A program made the translations under genes and the position numbers. Positions 36,086 to 48,224 of a DNA stretch of 64,000 nt are shown piece by piece (within the stretch, counting starts at the first letter, position 1; each line of letters begins with the position of its first letter). Under the pieces are notes generated by a model. That model ran no database searches and was not told where the DNA came from. It was given only the letters and a program-made list of their open reading frames with translations. Source of the DNA: Carcharhinus amblyrhynchos (Eukaryota); the NCBI GenBank assembly GCA_965287045.1, contig OZ336883.1, positions 45,694,001-45,758,000 of the forward strand. Reading direction: 5' to 3'.

Positions 36086-37766
36086 TTGGAAAGGTGGTAG
36101 GACTGGAGGGTCTCAATGACATTACTGTTACTAGAGAGGCGGTGCTCGACAGACTGGAGGGGCTGATTGTGGACAAGTCGCCAGGACCGGATGGAATGCA
36201 TTCGAGGGTTCTGAAAGAAATGACGGAGGTGATAGTGGATGCCTTGGTGGTTATTTTCCAGACGTCGCTGGATTCCAGGGAAGTGCCAGAAGATTGGAAA
36301 ACGGCAAATGTTACGCTGTTGTTTAAGAAGGGTGCCATGCAAAAGGCAGGGAATTATAGGCCAGTTAGTTTAATGTCTGTTGTAGGTAAAATGTTAGAAT
36401 CCGTCATCAAGGAGGAAATAGCGAGGCATCTTGAGGGGAATTGCTTGATAGAGCAGACGCAGCACGGTTTCATGAAAGGGAAGTCGTGTCTGACAAATTT
36501 ACTGGAGTTCTATGAGGATGTGTCTAGGGCGGTGGATAGAGGAGAGCCGGTGGATGTGGTCTTTCTTGATTTTCAGAAGGCATTTGACAAGGTACCTCAC
36601 AAGAGGTTATTGCAGAAGGTCGAGGGACATGGAGTTGGGGGTAGGGTGTTAGCGTGGATAGAGGATTGGTTGTCAAATAGGAGGCAGAGAGTGGGGGTCA
36701 ATGGGTGCTATTCGGATTGGCGGATGGTGACTAGTGGAGTGCCCCAGGGGTCGGTGCTGGGGCCTCAGCTATTTACCATTTATATAGATGATCTGGAGGA
36801 GGGAACCGAGTGTATGGTGTCGAAATTTGCTGATGACACCAAGATTGGTGGAACGGCAAATTGTGCAGAGGGTGTGGAGAGTTTACAGAAGGATCTAGAT
36901 AGGCTGGGCGAATGGGCCAGGAAATGGCAAATGGAATTTAATGTTGGCAAGTGCGAGGTGGTCCACTTTGGTAGGAAGAATGGTCGGAAGGACTATTACT
37001 TACAGGGCGAAAAACTGCAGCAGGCGACGGTGCAGAGGGACCTCGGGGTCCTTGTGCATGAGTCGCAAAAACCCAGCTTGCAGGTGCAGCAGGTGGTCAG
37101 GAAGGCAAATGGGACGCTGGCCTTCATAGCGAGGGGGATTGAATATAAAAGTAGGGAGGTCTTGCTGCAGCTGTATAGGGCACTGGTGAGGTCGCAGCTG
37201 GAGTACTGTGTGCAGTTTTGGGCGCCGCACCTGCGCAAAGATATTTTGGCCTTGGAGGGAGTGCAGAGGAGGTTTACTAGGCTGATACCGGAGTTGAGGG
37301 GGTTGAGCTATGAGGAGAGGCTGAATAAACTGGGCTTGTACTCGTTAGAGTTTAGAAGAATGAGGGGAGATCTCATTGAGACGTATAAGATGATGAATGG
37401 GATGGATAGGATAGAGGTGGAGAGACTCTTCCTGCTCAAAAAAGACAGTAGGACTAGGGGGCACAGCCTCAAGATAAAAGGGGGGCGGTTTAGAACGGAG
37501 TTGAGGAGGAACTTCTTCACTCAAAGGGTGGTGAATCTCTGGAATTCTCTGCCCGTTGAAGTGGTGGAGGCTGCCTCGCTAAATATTTTTAAGACGCGGG
37601 TTGATGGGTTTTTGATAAGAGAGGGGATTAAGGGTTATGGGGAGAAAGCGGGAAAGTGGAACTGAGCAGCGACAGATCAGCCATGATCTTATTGAATGGC
37701 GGGGCAGGCTCGAAGGGCTAGATGGCCTACTCCTGCTCCTATTTCTTATGTTCTTATGTTCTTATG
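36086..37766 (+). mobile_element. Young 5'-truncated CR1 LINE
   Basis: Intact ORF2 3' half and (TTCTTATG)3 tail. Confidence 0.95.
36094..37665 (+). CDS. CR1 ORF2 reverse transcriptase domain, 523 aa open, endonuclease missing
   Basis: KSPGPDG, NYRPVSL, QHGF, DFQKAFDKV, GVPQGSVLGPQLF, KFADD, RTRGH; no stops. Confidence 0.9.
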   Translation: MVGLEGLNDITVTREAVLDRLEGLIVDKSPGPDGMHSRVLKEMTEVIVDALVVIFQTSLDSREVPEDWKTANVTLLFKKGAMQKAGNYRPVSLMSVVGKMLESVIKEEIARHLEGNCLIEQTQHGFMKGKSCLTNLLEFYEDVSRAVDRGEPVDVVFLDFQKAFDKVPHKRLLQKVEGHGVGGRVLAWIEDWLSNRRQRVGVNGCYSDWRMVTSGVPQGSVLGPQLFTIYIDDLEEGTECMVSKFADDTKIGGTANCAEGVESLQKDLDRLGEWARKWQMEFNVGKCEVVHFGRKNGRKDYYLQGEKLQQATVQRDLGVLVHESQKPSLQVQQVVRKANGTLAFIARGIEYKSREVLLQLYRALVRSQLEYCVQFWAPHLRKDILALEGVQRRFTRLIPELRGLSYEERLNKLGLYSLEFRRMRGDLIETYKMMNGMDRIEVERLFLLKKDSRTRGHSLKIKGGRFRTELRRNFFTQRVVNLWNSLPVEVVEAASLNIFKTRVDGFLIREGIKGYGEKAGKWN

Positions 37767-38525
37767 AAAAACTGCAGCAGGCGACGGTGCAGAGGGACCT
37801 CGGGGTGCTTGTGCATGAGTCGCAAAAACCCAGCTTGCAGGTGCAGCAGGTGATCAGGAAGGCGAATGGGATGCTGGCCTTCATAGCGAGGGGGATTGAA
37901 TATAAAAGTAGGGAGGTCTTGCTGCGGCTGTATAGGGCATTGGTGAGGCCACAGCTGGAGTACTGTGTGCAGTTTTGGGCGCCGTACTTATGCAAGGATA
38001 TTTTGGCCTTGGAGGGAGTGCAGAGGAGGTTTACTAGGCTGATACCGGAGTTGAGGGGGTTGAGCTATGAGGAGAGGCTGAATAAACTAGGCTTGTACTC
38101 GTTAGAGTTTAGAAGAATGAGGGGAGATCTCATTGAGACGTATAAGATGATGAATGGGATGGATAGGATAGAGGTGGAGAGACTCTTCCCGCTCAGAAAG
38201 GATAGTAGGACTAGGGGGCACAGCCTCAAGATAAAGGGGGGGCGGTTTAGAACGGAGTTGAGGAGGAACTTCTTCACTCAAAAGGTGGTGAATCTCTGGA
38301 ATTCTCTGCCTGTTGAAGTGGTGGAGGCTACCTCGCTAAATATTTTTAAGACGCGGGTTGATGGGTTTTTGATAAGAGAGGGGATTAAGGGTTATGGGGA
38401 GAGGGCGGGAATGTGGAACTGAGCCACAACAGATCAGCCATGATCTTATTGAATGGCAGGGCAGGCTCGAAGGGCTAGATGGCCTACTCCTGCTCCTATT
38501 TCTTATGTTCTTATGTTCTTATGTT
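37766..38525 (+). mobile_element. Second CR1 copy directly head-to-tail
   Basis: Starts GAAAAACTGCAGCAGGCGACGGTG immediately after the first tail; has its own complete tail. Confidence 0.95.
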
Positions 38526-40684
38526 TTTGATATGTTACAAAGGGTATAAAAGCCACAGCTTCCAGCTCCAAGTTGCCAGTAAGACCACCTGCTAGTGACT
38601 GCCACAGCTGTCAGCTAGAGAAGGAGAGACATAGACAGTCACTGTTTCTGCCAGTGTAACAGCCACATTGATGTATTAAAAGAAAGTCTTGTTTCATCTC
38701 AGAAGAACAGAACAACAGAAAGCAGAATAAATCAGCAAAGAAGAAAAAAAATTTCAAAAGATGACTAACCTAACTGCATTTTGAGTGTGACTAAGAAATT
38801 TTATTATATATTTTTATTAATAAGTGGGAATTGTAATTATCTGGACAACATTTCATTAGAATGGTATTTTATTTAGTTAACCTGCTTAGTTAGTTGGAAG
38901 AATAAACTGTTACTTGTTGATTTTTCAGAGTCTCAGGTAGTTATATTGATTTGACCATGAGAAGCTGTTGAAGGGCAGAGAACCCTCCTTCTCACAAACA
39001 CTTTAACAGATTATGAAAGGAGATACTACTCTTTGAATGGTTGAGTGTTAGTTCTCAGCGAGATCAACCTCCATTTCAGAACAAAATGCTGGGTCATGAA
39101 TATCAGGAAAGGATGACACCATCCCTCCTCGGACTGCAAGGCTGACTGGGGTTTCCCATCGCGTTCTGTTCAAGGAGATGGTGTCATCACTCCAGGGGCC
39201 AACACTGCCAGGGTGGGGTCTGCAATGGAGATTTTGGCACAGGACATGCACTCCATGACAGAGGATGTCTGCTCCATGGTTCAACTCACGACCTGCATGT
39301 CTGAGGGCATGAGTTTCATGGTGCAGGGCTTCAACTACATGGTGCTGGCACTGGTGGGTATCTATGAGTGTCTGCGCCTGAGGATTGTAGGGCTTCTGAA
39401 CCTAACTTCAGCTGCATCTCTATCCCATGGAGGATCACTGGGCCCATCAGGTACCTGAAAGGAGGCCAGGTATTCCATGCAGGAGACCCTGGGGGTGTCC
39501 AGCATATCTGATTCCCCCTTTCCTGTGAGTGACAAGCCTCCAGCCCCACACACTGATGAGGGCAGCATGGGTATCCGTGCCTGAAAACAGGCCAGAGCCC
39601 TCAAGGTTCAGGCACCCCAGGGGACATCTGCCAAGGTCATCTCAGGCAAAAGGATGTGGAAGGCAGCAGGTCTCCTCAACCTCAGCAGCGGATCCTGGGC
39701 AAGCAGCTACACGTAGTGGCAGGGTGAGGAAGAGGGTGAGGCACCTAGTTGGCATAGGTGAAAATAGGCACATTGGTACAGAGGTCACCACTGTATATAG
39801 TTAGAAACAATAAATCACTCTGTTCCCTCACTGAGTTTGTCATTTCATGCTGTCAAGCTCACACAAACACTGAGTACTCCATTCCTGTGTAGTGTGAGAA
39901 TGGCTGTGCCATGTCTCTCCCACACTGAGAGAGAGAGTAAAGAAGCCCTAGTGCAGGCAACCCCACCCCCAGCTCCCACACACACCCCAACCACTGGCCA
40001 CCCTTCCCGGGACACCAATGGGATTTCCTACTGCAGCCACTCCACTCTGCTGGGAAACCCACGGGAGTGTGTGTGCTGCCAGCAGGATCAGAATATCCCG
40101 CCGGTGTGAATCCCATCCCATGTCTTTAATGATGATTTGATCCAAATCATTTATTCCACAATGGCGGGAATTCTCCGACATTGCCCATATCCGGGATTCT
40201 CCAATCCTGCTGCGGAGTACAGAGATTAGCTTAGCACTAAATTCTCCATTCTTGCTAGCAGCAGTAGGGGGACGTGTGAAATCAGAGAATTTGGCCAATG
40301 AGTTATTTGTGCAACTAATTAATCTATCTTACTGCAGATGCGAGAAGCATTCAGATAAATAAACTTTATTTCTCTCTTTATTTGCCTTGCAATGACCTTA
40401 TTTGCAATTTTTATTAAACTCTCTGTCCCTGCTATCCCACTCTGTTTGCTTTTACTGTTCTGATACTTTAATCTTTCTTTTTGGATTTCTAAGTCCCTTT
40501 TCACCCAAACCCTCCCCCGCCCTCTGTTCTAGACTCCTAAAACAGAATTTCTATCACCTGTCTCTATATCTTCAATATGTTACCGATGGCCTTCCAGAGG
40601 TTCATCACCTGACAAGCAAGTTCCTTTATGTCCAGTAGCCCTCTGAGTGAGGAGAATGAATCTCCTGCATGCTGTGGAGATGAG

Positions 40685-40996
40685 TGGCATGGTGGCACAG
40701 TGGTTAGCATTGCTGCCTCAGTGCCAGGGACCCAGGTTCAATTCTGGCCTTGGGTCACTGCCTGCCTGTGTGGAGTTTGCATTTTCTCCCCATGTCTGTA
40801 TGGGTTTCCTCCCACCGTCCAAAGATATGCTAGTTAGGTTGATTGGCCATGCTAAGCCTTTGTGTCAAGGGGATTAGCAGGATAAGTGTGTGGTATTATG
40901 GGGATAGGGCATGGGTGGGACTGTGGTCTATACAGACCCAATGGGCCAAATGGCCTCCTCCTGCACTGTACAATTCTATGATTCTATGAATCTATG
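40685..40996 (+). mobile_element. HE1-like V-SINE
   Basis: GGCATGGTGGCACAGTGGTTAGC head; ATTCTATG tail. Confidence 0.9.
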
Positions 40997-41308
40997 TTTC
41001 TGTAAAGTGTTCTCCAGAATATGACCCCAAGCCTAGTCAACACTTATGGACAATCAGGGTTTGTGTCTCTGAACTGGTGGAGGGTGCTGGTGAACACTGT
41101 GATGGGTCTTCTTCAAATGCATCCTTCTCTGAGATGGCCCTGGGGTTATGTTGACTGTGCTGCTCTGTCTAGGCCCGCTATAGGAGACAGAGATGGATTT
41201 AGTTCACGAGCAGTTTTAATACAACATTACATGTCACTCAGTGTGAATGTCAGAATGTAATCATTTCATTGAAAAAGAGGGCTCATATATACTGGCTTCC
41301 TGTGAGAG

Positions 41309-41363
41309 ATGATGTGGATGTGCCGGCGTTGGACTGGGGTAAACACAGTAAGAAGTCTGACTT
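41309..41363 (-). mobile_element. 55-bp Penelope-like terminal fragment
   Basis: Matches the terminus at about 12258-12305; 13-bp TSD CTTCCTGTGAGAG (41296-41308, 41364-41376). Confidence 0.85.
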
Positions 41364-41379
41364 CTTCCTGTGAGAGGCC

Positions 41380-42000
41380 AATCTCACCTTGCGCATAAGA
41401 CTGATCTCTGGCCTTGGCCATCAACATGGCTGCATCCGCCTTAGCTTGGATAGATGCTGGATATGCGCCTCCTTCGGACTGAGATCTGTCCTTGTTTTGT
41501 GGCCAAGCTTGGGCTGCACAAAGACAATGTGATGAAAGGGGTTGGAGCAGAGATTGGGAAGCATACGTGCCTCTGATCTGGGCTGAGCCCTCCCCAGTAG
41601 GGACTGAGCATGATATTTGTGCAAAATGATAGATCAGTTGCTGGTGAATAAGCTTTCAATGCTGTTATCTCCCCCACTCACATTTTGTGAGATTCCTGAG
41701 CTGAGTGACGCTATGTGGATGATATTCTTATGAGAGCTGGTGTTTCGAGTGGAATCAACAATGATGTTCCTTGGTGATGTGAATAAGATCAATCATCCAC
41801 TTCCTACACTGAATGGTGTTTCTCAGGCCGGTGCTTGGTGAGCTGACCATCCTCACAACCACTTCCCAGGCTGGCAAGCTGAGGTCAGTGGACCTCCCTG
41901 AACCATTCTTTGGGTAGAAGACATCCCAGTGCATCCCAGTACACACCATGAATAAGAGCCTCAACGGGGCCATTGCTGAATTTTGTTCATCTTCTTTTAC
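41380..42000 (-). pseudogene. Harbinger Myb/SANT gene remnant
   Basis: ORF 41755..41973 WDVFYPKNGSGRSTDLSLPAWEVVVRMVSSPSTGLRNTIQCRKWMIDL. Confidence 0.7.
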
Positions 42001-43515
42001 CTTGGAATCACTTCAGCTTTGGTCATGCGCACAGTTGGATTTCAGAGAGTAGTGTGTGTGTTTGGCTGGCATTTATGAATGGTACCAAGGCCTTTGACCC
42101 CAATAGTTTATGGCGAGGCAGAAGAATCATTGGCCGCCCTACCATGTGATTCAGAGAGCTACCCACCAATGCATTATTGATGAGCATTCAGGCGTATGAT
42201 TGGGCGCGATTTCCCCAACCCATCAATCAATGGGAAATCCACCGCTTAGCCTGCCTGTCACTGTACTTCACCTCCAGAACAGGAAGTTACACTTTTCAGC
42301 AGGGAATTTTCCTGTCCCACCCACCATGGGAATCGTAGCGGGTGGGAAGCTGACCTTGCAAAAATCCGTTGAACTCAGAGGGATTTTCTTGTTTTGGGGT
42401 GAGCGTGGCTGGAAAATCCTGCCCCTAGACTCTCAGGAAGCATAAATAGTTTCTCTTGGACATATCCTGCCAATTAGAATACAATCTGTCTTGTCATCCT
42501 TTATGGTTCTTTGAATCTCTCCTGTTCACCTGGATCTTTGCTAATTTTGGCATCTCTTGTGTTTTTTTTAGTTTAATGATGGCCTTTAGTACATTAATCA
42601 TCCAAGAGGTGCTTCTGTACCACATGAGATTATTTATTTGAAAGTTTTCCGATTCTTTTTTCTGTTTTTACCCAAGAATAGCTTTGCTCAGGTCCCATCC
42701 TCATCACATAGAAATCACCTGTATCCTAGCTTTTGCTGCAATTTTGTGTTTTCCCTTTTAAGCAGTACATTGAACTGAATTTTATTGCAATCAATATTAG
42801 ATAAATCTCCAAATGCCATGAGGCTATAACTACATTTAATACTGAAGTCATTATTAATATATCATAGCCACTTATTAATTCTAACACGCACTGTTGCAGA
42901 CAGGTGTCCAGGACACACACTTTCTGACTTGTACCAGTCTACTTATCCAAAATTTGTGTGAAAGTTAAAATCCCCCATTAAAACCACTCTGCAACATGAT
43001 TGCCGAATCTCTGCATTTATACATTCTACCATTTCATAGTTATTATCAGAGGAACTATACACAATTCCCACTGCTGCCTTAAAACATTTTTCCCTTCTTA
43101 ATTCTACCCATAAATTCTTTGATACCTGCTTACTTTTGCCATTGAATTAATTTCAATCCTCTATCGCTAACGTTAATCCTCCTTCTTCACCCATTTTCCA
43201 TATCTCTCCTAGAGATCTTATAGCTTGGTATATTTAGCTCCAAATCCTGACTGACTTACAGCCATGTCTCAGAAATGGATACCATGTCATACCCCTCCAA
43301 GTTGAGTTTGCACCTGCAATTCTATCAGCTTGCTCCTTATACTAAGTGAGTTTGTATGAAGACTGTTTATTTGGCCCCCCACAACCAAAGCTATTAGCCT
43401 GCTTTAATGTTTTATTAACACGTCCTTTGTTTCTTGAGTAATCACCAAGAGATCAGAAAAGACCTGCTCTTTAATTTAGCTTCTATTTTCCTGTACTGTC
43501 TAAACAGCACTTCTT

Positions 43516-43723
43516 CTGGATTCAGCAGAAGGAACTCTTCAGTTGTAGGCAATAAAATAAAGCAAGACTTAGTCCAACTGTTAAATCAAAGAAAAAGGTT
43601 TAATAAAGAATCTTCATTAGTCCAACACTTAAGGACTCGCCCTGAGCCAATCCAAGCTCCCACAAACCCCAACAATTCTTACTTATACTGAGTCAGCTGG
43701 TCAGCTGACCACCACATCATTTT
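43516..43723 (-). repeat. Unclassified LTR/pLTR-like repeat, copy 3, followed by a Deu-SINE fragment to about 43945
   Basis: Homologous to copies 1 and 2. Confidence 0.7.
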
Positions 43724-44450
43724 AATCAATCTGGAATTAAAAACTGGTCTCATTGTTGATTGTTGGGTCCTTTAGAGAAGGAAATCTGTCATCCTTGCCT
43801 GTTCTGGCCAACATGTGACTCCAGACCCACATCAATGTGGTTGACTCTGAACCACCCCACTGAAATAGCTTAGTCAGCTTATCAGGGCAATAAGAGATTG
43901 GGCAATAAATACTGACCTCACTCACTCGCATCCCATGTTATTATTTTATTTTTGCTACAAAGTATCTTGCACTAACCAAAAAAAAGACAGAGAATTTAAA
44001 TACTTCCTCAAGGCTAACAAAGTCACTGAAATCTTATTTGCTTTCAGCCCTGCACTAAACACCACTCTCACTAAATTCCCAACTTTGACACTTTGTTCAT
44101 GATGCTTGTCATTTATGAAGGCGAGATAGGAAGGACATTTAGATATGAGAGCATCAGCTTAGCGATCTGACACATTCCTGCCCTCAGGTGATCTTGTTAA
44201 AGGCAGATCATCACAGTTGCAGCTCTCTGGCCAGCTGCTGCAGCTAATTAACTTGAATATGCAAGTGCCTATCGGTGACCGGGTTGGGGACCCCAATTTC
44301 ATACAGTCATACAATCCCTACAGTGCAGAAGGAGGCCATTCAGCCCATCAAGTCTGCACCAACTCTCTGACAGAACATCTTAACCAGGCCCACCCCATAA
44401 CCCCACCCCACACTTCAAATTGTTCACTTTCTGTGCAAGCGTTGATTGAT

Positions 44451-44746
44451 GGGCAGCATGGTGGCACCGTGGTTAGCACCACTGCCTCATAGTGCCAGGG
44501 ACCCAGGTTCGATTCCCGGCTAGGGTCATTGTCTGTGTGGAATCTGCAACTTCTCCCCTTATCTGCGTGGGTTTCCTCCCACAGTCTGAATGACATGCTG
44601 GTTAGGTGCATTGGCCATGCTAAATTCTCCCTCAGTGTACCTGAACAGGTGCCAGAGTGTGGCAACCAGGGGATTTTCACAGTACTTCATTGCAGTGTTA
44701 ATATAAGTCTACTTGCCTTACTAATAAACAAACAAATAAATAAATA
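44451..44746 (+). mobile_element. V-SINE with Rex1-like tail
   Basis: tRNA head, V-domain, TTTTCACAGTACTTCATTGCAGTGTTAAT...CTAATAAAC(AAAT)n. Confidence 0.85.
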
Positions 44747-45859
44747 ATTACTGAAAGGGGCGTTATGCCACTAACTACTACATGTAACATTTGATGATGA
44801 GTTTAATGGATAAATACTGGGAAAGTACATAAAATTCATGCAAATAATGGGGAGGAGGGTACGGGGAGAGGAGGCTGGTTAGAGGAAAAATGCTTTTTCC
44901 TTGAAGCTTACAGCAGAATATGCATATCGTCCTGCAATTTGTGTCATTTTGCAATTCATTGAAAATTTCTTCATGCTTCAATTTTCTGGTCAAGTTATGC
45001 ATGAATCATATTGTGCATCATGCAAACACTGTCATCAAAGCAGCAAACTCTGGCCCGTGATGTTCGTACAGAAACTACTTGTTGGAAACTGTTCCTGTAA
45101 CTCGTCCTGGTACTGAAATTGTTAAAGAGACCCACCCTTAAGCCTGGATGAATTGCTGTGACAGAGCTAATTAAGCTCTTGGGGGAAATAATGCACAAAT
45201 AATAAGAAGCTGATCAGACATTTCTAATTTATCTTTCAATTTGCGAAAGAAAAAGTTGCTCATTCAAGTTGCACTAATTGAGCCCACAGCTATATATGCA
45301 AATTTAAACCGAGTACATTGAATACTTGCCACAGCGAATAGCTACTACAGAAATAGAATCCAATCATGAGGGTGGTAACGGAATTTTTTTAAACTAAAGT
45401 GGAAATGTTTGCCTCTTTTTATGTCATGTCCTTATTTATTGCGTTGTGTGGTTGTTTCACAATCTTGTCACAGACTTACCTATAGAATTATCATCTATGG
45501 AGAGATCAGACAAGTTTAATTTCCATATGTGAGCCCGTTCTCAGAATTGAAATTATAGGATAACAGGGAGCTTAATGGTAATCATAAATTATTAACCTGA
45601 GCATAAAGTACTACATTTCTGATGAAAGGTTATTAATCTAAAACATTAGACTCCTCTCTGCACAGATGCTGTCTGATCTGCTGAGTATTTCTCGCCTTGT
45701 CTGGTTTTATTTCAGATTTCTGGACCAACAGCATTTTCTTTCCTATTTTAACATTGTATAGCTGAATTCATAATTGCAGCTAAAATGTTTAATTCGATCT
45801 AAAAATTAATGATAAATGTACTGTTTTGCTGATTTGAAATACACTTAATTTTAGCCAAG

Positions 45860-47724
45860 AGACAAGCGGAAACATTGCAACATGTGAATGCCAATGCTCT
45901 TTCACATCTACCAATTCAGGACAAAGCCAAATCTCAGAAGAACTATGTCAATACCTTGCACTTTTCCCAGTTTGGTAGTGTACCCATTACAGTCTCTCAA
46001 GTGCAAAGACATATGCGGTCAGATCTTGTAGTGGGAAAGGTCATGGACATGATGTTAATTGGAAGATCATTGAATAAACAGAGGAGAAATCCTGAATTCA
46101 AGCCATACTGATCAAGGAAACTTGAATTAGTGGTATAAAGTAAAGTAATCCTTCAGGGAATTAATGTGATCACTCCTCAAGGAGTTGAATTGTGGATCAG
46201 CTTCACAAAGTATATCTAGGAGTTGTATGTATGAAATAACTCTCACGGAGTTATTTCTGGTGGGCAAGATTAGGCTCACAGATTGAAGAAAGAATAGGAC
46301 AAAAGTAAGTTTTGTACTCAGATACAAAATTCCTCACTTCTTCAACCACTTAACTGATAGGATTGGTTGAGACAAACATGGCAAAGAGTTCACAATGACT
46401 TCATGGGACCAATTGAAGGATATATATTTCTCGTTTGATTGGACACAAATCCCAAATGGATTGAAATCATGATGTCGAAGTCGACAATTCCTGAAAAGAC
46501 AATTGAATGATCAGATGAAGTACTTGTGTAATTTGGCAGGCTGGAGCAATCAGCGTTAACAGAACTCAGCAATTCAGGGACTATCTCAGAAATCATGATA
46601 TACAGCATATCAAATTGCATCTTATCATCCTTCCACCAATATATTGGAGGAGAGGTTGGCACAATTATTGAAGAGTGCCAAAAAGTATTGAAGGAGGAAG
46701 GACCATTAGCCAAAAGGGTGAACAAATTTCTCAAATCCTACAAAAACACTGCTCATGTGACAACCTAAAACTCATGGCAATATTATCTTTGAAGAGGAAA
46801 TTGAGATCTAAATTTGATTTGCTCTGACCACATGGCACTTCTACCATAGTAGAGTGACAACAACAAAATCAAGTAACTCGCTGTGTGCAGACATAAAAAC
46901 CAAAAGAATTTGTTCAAGGCGAAAGAGTTTTAGCGAGAAATGACTCTTCAAGTGAGAAGTGGTTACCTGTCACAATACTCACAAAGATGGGACCTATTTC
47001 TTATGTGGTGCAAAGCAATGATGAGAGTGTTTGGAGGATCAAATTCTTGCTTCAAGAAGGGAATTTATCGTGTCAGTGTTTGAAAGGCCAACATCTGACA
47101 CTCAAGCTTTGGAAATCCCTGAACTTATGATCATGACTAAGTTGAATTCAGATTTGACAAATCTGAACCAACAGCATCTGGAGAAGCTGAAGAACAGCCA
47201 ACTTTATCAGATTCCCACCCAAGATCATCAGACATTTCTGCTGTCTGCGTCTCATCTGCTCCGATTCTGTGGCGGGCAAGGTGGTAGAATTCTAGCAGTG
47301 TCTGAGCCAAGTGGTGAAGAGACTACTAAGAGCTTGAAAGCACAGACTTCTGAACAATGGATGCTGCCTAAGTCCATCTTAAAGACTCTCGAACTGATTG
47401 TATTCATGTATAAAACTGTACATAATGATACTTGGTAAAATAGTTATTCTTCATAGTGAATAAGAGTTACTGTTATTTGTCCTATTGGAGTAAAGGAGGA
47501 GAATTGTTATGTGTTATAGACCAATACATCTCTGTGTCACGTATCACATGATAACATAGTGACATCATCAGAGGCACTTGGAAGATTTTCCCTCTCCTCC
47601 ATCCTGGACTGTAAGCAAGCAACACCTATCGAATAAAGCTCCACAAACTGGTTAAGTAACCCAGTAACCTTTTCATTCTTTTATCATTATGGTTAAAGTA
47701 AGCTGACCACTTTAGAATACAACA
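45860..47724 (+). mobile_element. Gypsy/Ty3 LTR retrotransposon remnant (RNase H end, integrase, PPT, 3' LTR)
   Basis: HVNANALSHLP, VHNDFMGP, KWIE; PPT AAAGGAGGAGAA; LTR 47505-47724 TGTTAT...ACAACA with AATAAA. Confidence 0.85.
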
Positions 47725-48224
47725 TTTTATACCCAGGATTAATGCATCAAGCATGTGAGCATCAATAATAAACAGACATACATATCAAACACACAGCTGA
47801 TTATTATACTTTCTATCTGTTTACTTCAGAGGACCATCACCAGGGAATTTGATGATAAACTCAATGAAAGTGATGATAATGGCTCTGAGTGTTCCTACAG
47901 AGGGGGAAGAGTTATAACTGCCTCCTTTCCTTATTATGTCCCAAATTCAACCACTGAAGTCCCCTGTTGACAGCAACGACCTCACCAAGATTCTTGCTCA
48001 GTGGGTAAAATCTCCCACTCAGGTTGCCAAGGTGCAAGTTGGGCAGGAACTACAAGACTCGTATCCGACTAGATCATCACTACTTGGAGAGAGTGGAGGA
48101 GTAATGGCCTTTATTCTTGAAGCTTGTGCTGAGCTTCACTGGAGCAGTCTGCGAACTCAAAGATGTGGATGTCTCCACAAGCTCTGAGCTCATGGTGGGA
48201 GGTGGGGGGAGGCAAACATATTAA

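Larger units (their letters stand above)
35767..39083 (+). mobile_element. Solo LTR (about 880 bp net) split by tandem CR1
   Basis: Termini TGTTGTGAA / TTCAGAACA (8/9 inverted match), AATAAA at 38901, flanks AAAG/AAAT; the Harbinger gene resumes across it. Confidence 0.65.
33531..40296 (+). mobile_element. Harbinger-derived element with spliced Myb/SANT gene remnant, multiply interrupted
   Basis: Exon 1 DVHYPCSRRYPSSKVTTPIWDSATVLVSASSLQKRVG*QCHGKMNDL; exon 2 after CTGCAG reads DKLNNNKSEQ...TPLEERDLELA; TIR-like right end AGAGAATTTGGCC; left end approximate. Confidence 0.65.

Noticed and set aside
37637-38422. 261-aa ORF with a signal-peptide-like LLLLLFLMFLC N-terminus fused to the CR1 ORF2 C-terminus
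   Set aside because: Chance read-through of the first copy's 3' UTR and microsatellite tail into the second copy; the same peptide appears at 3304..3528; no evidence of a gene
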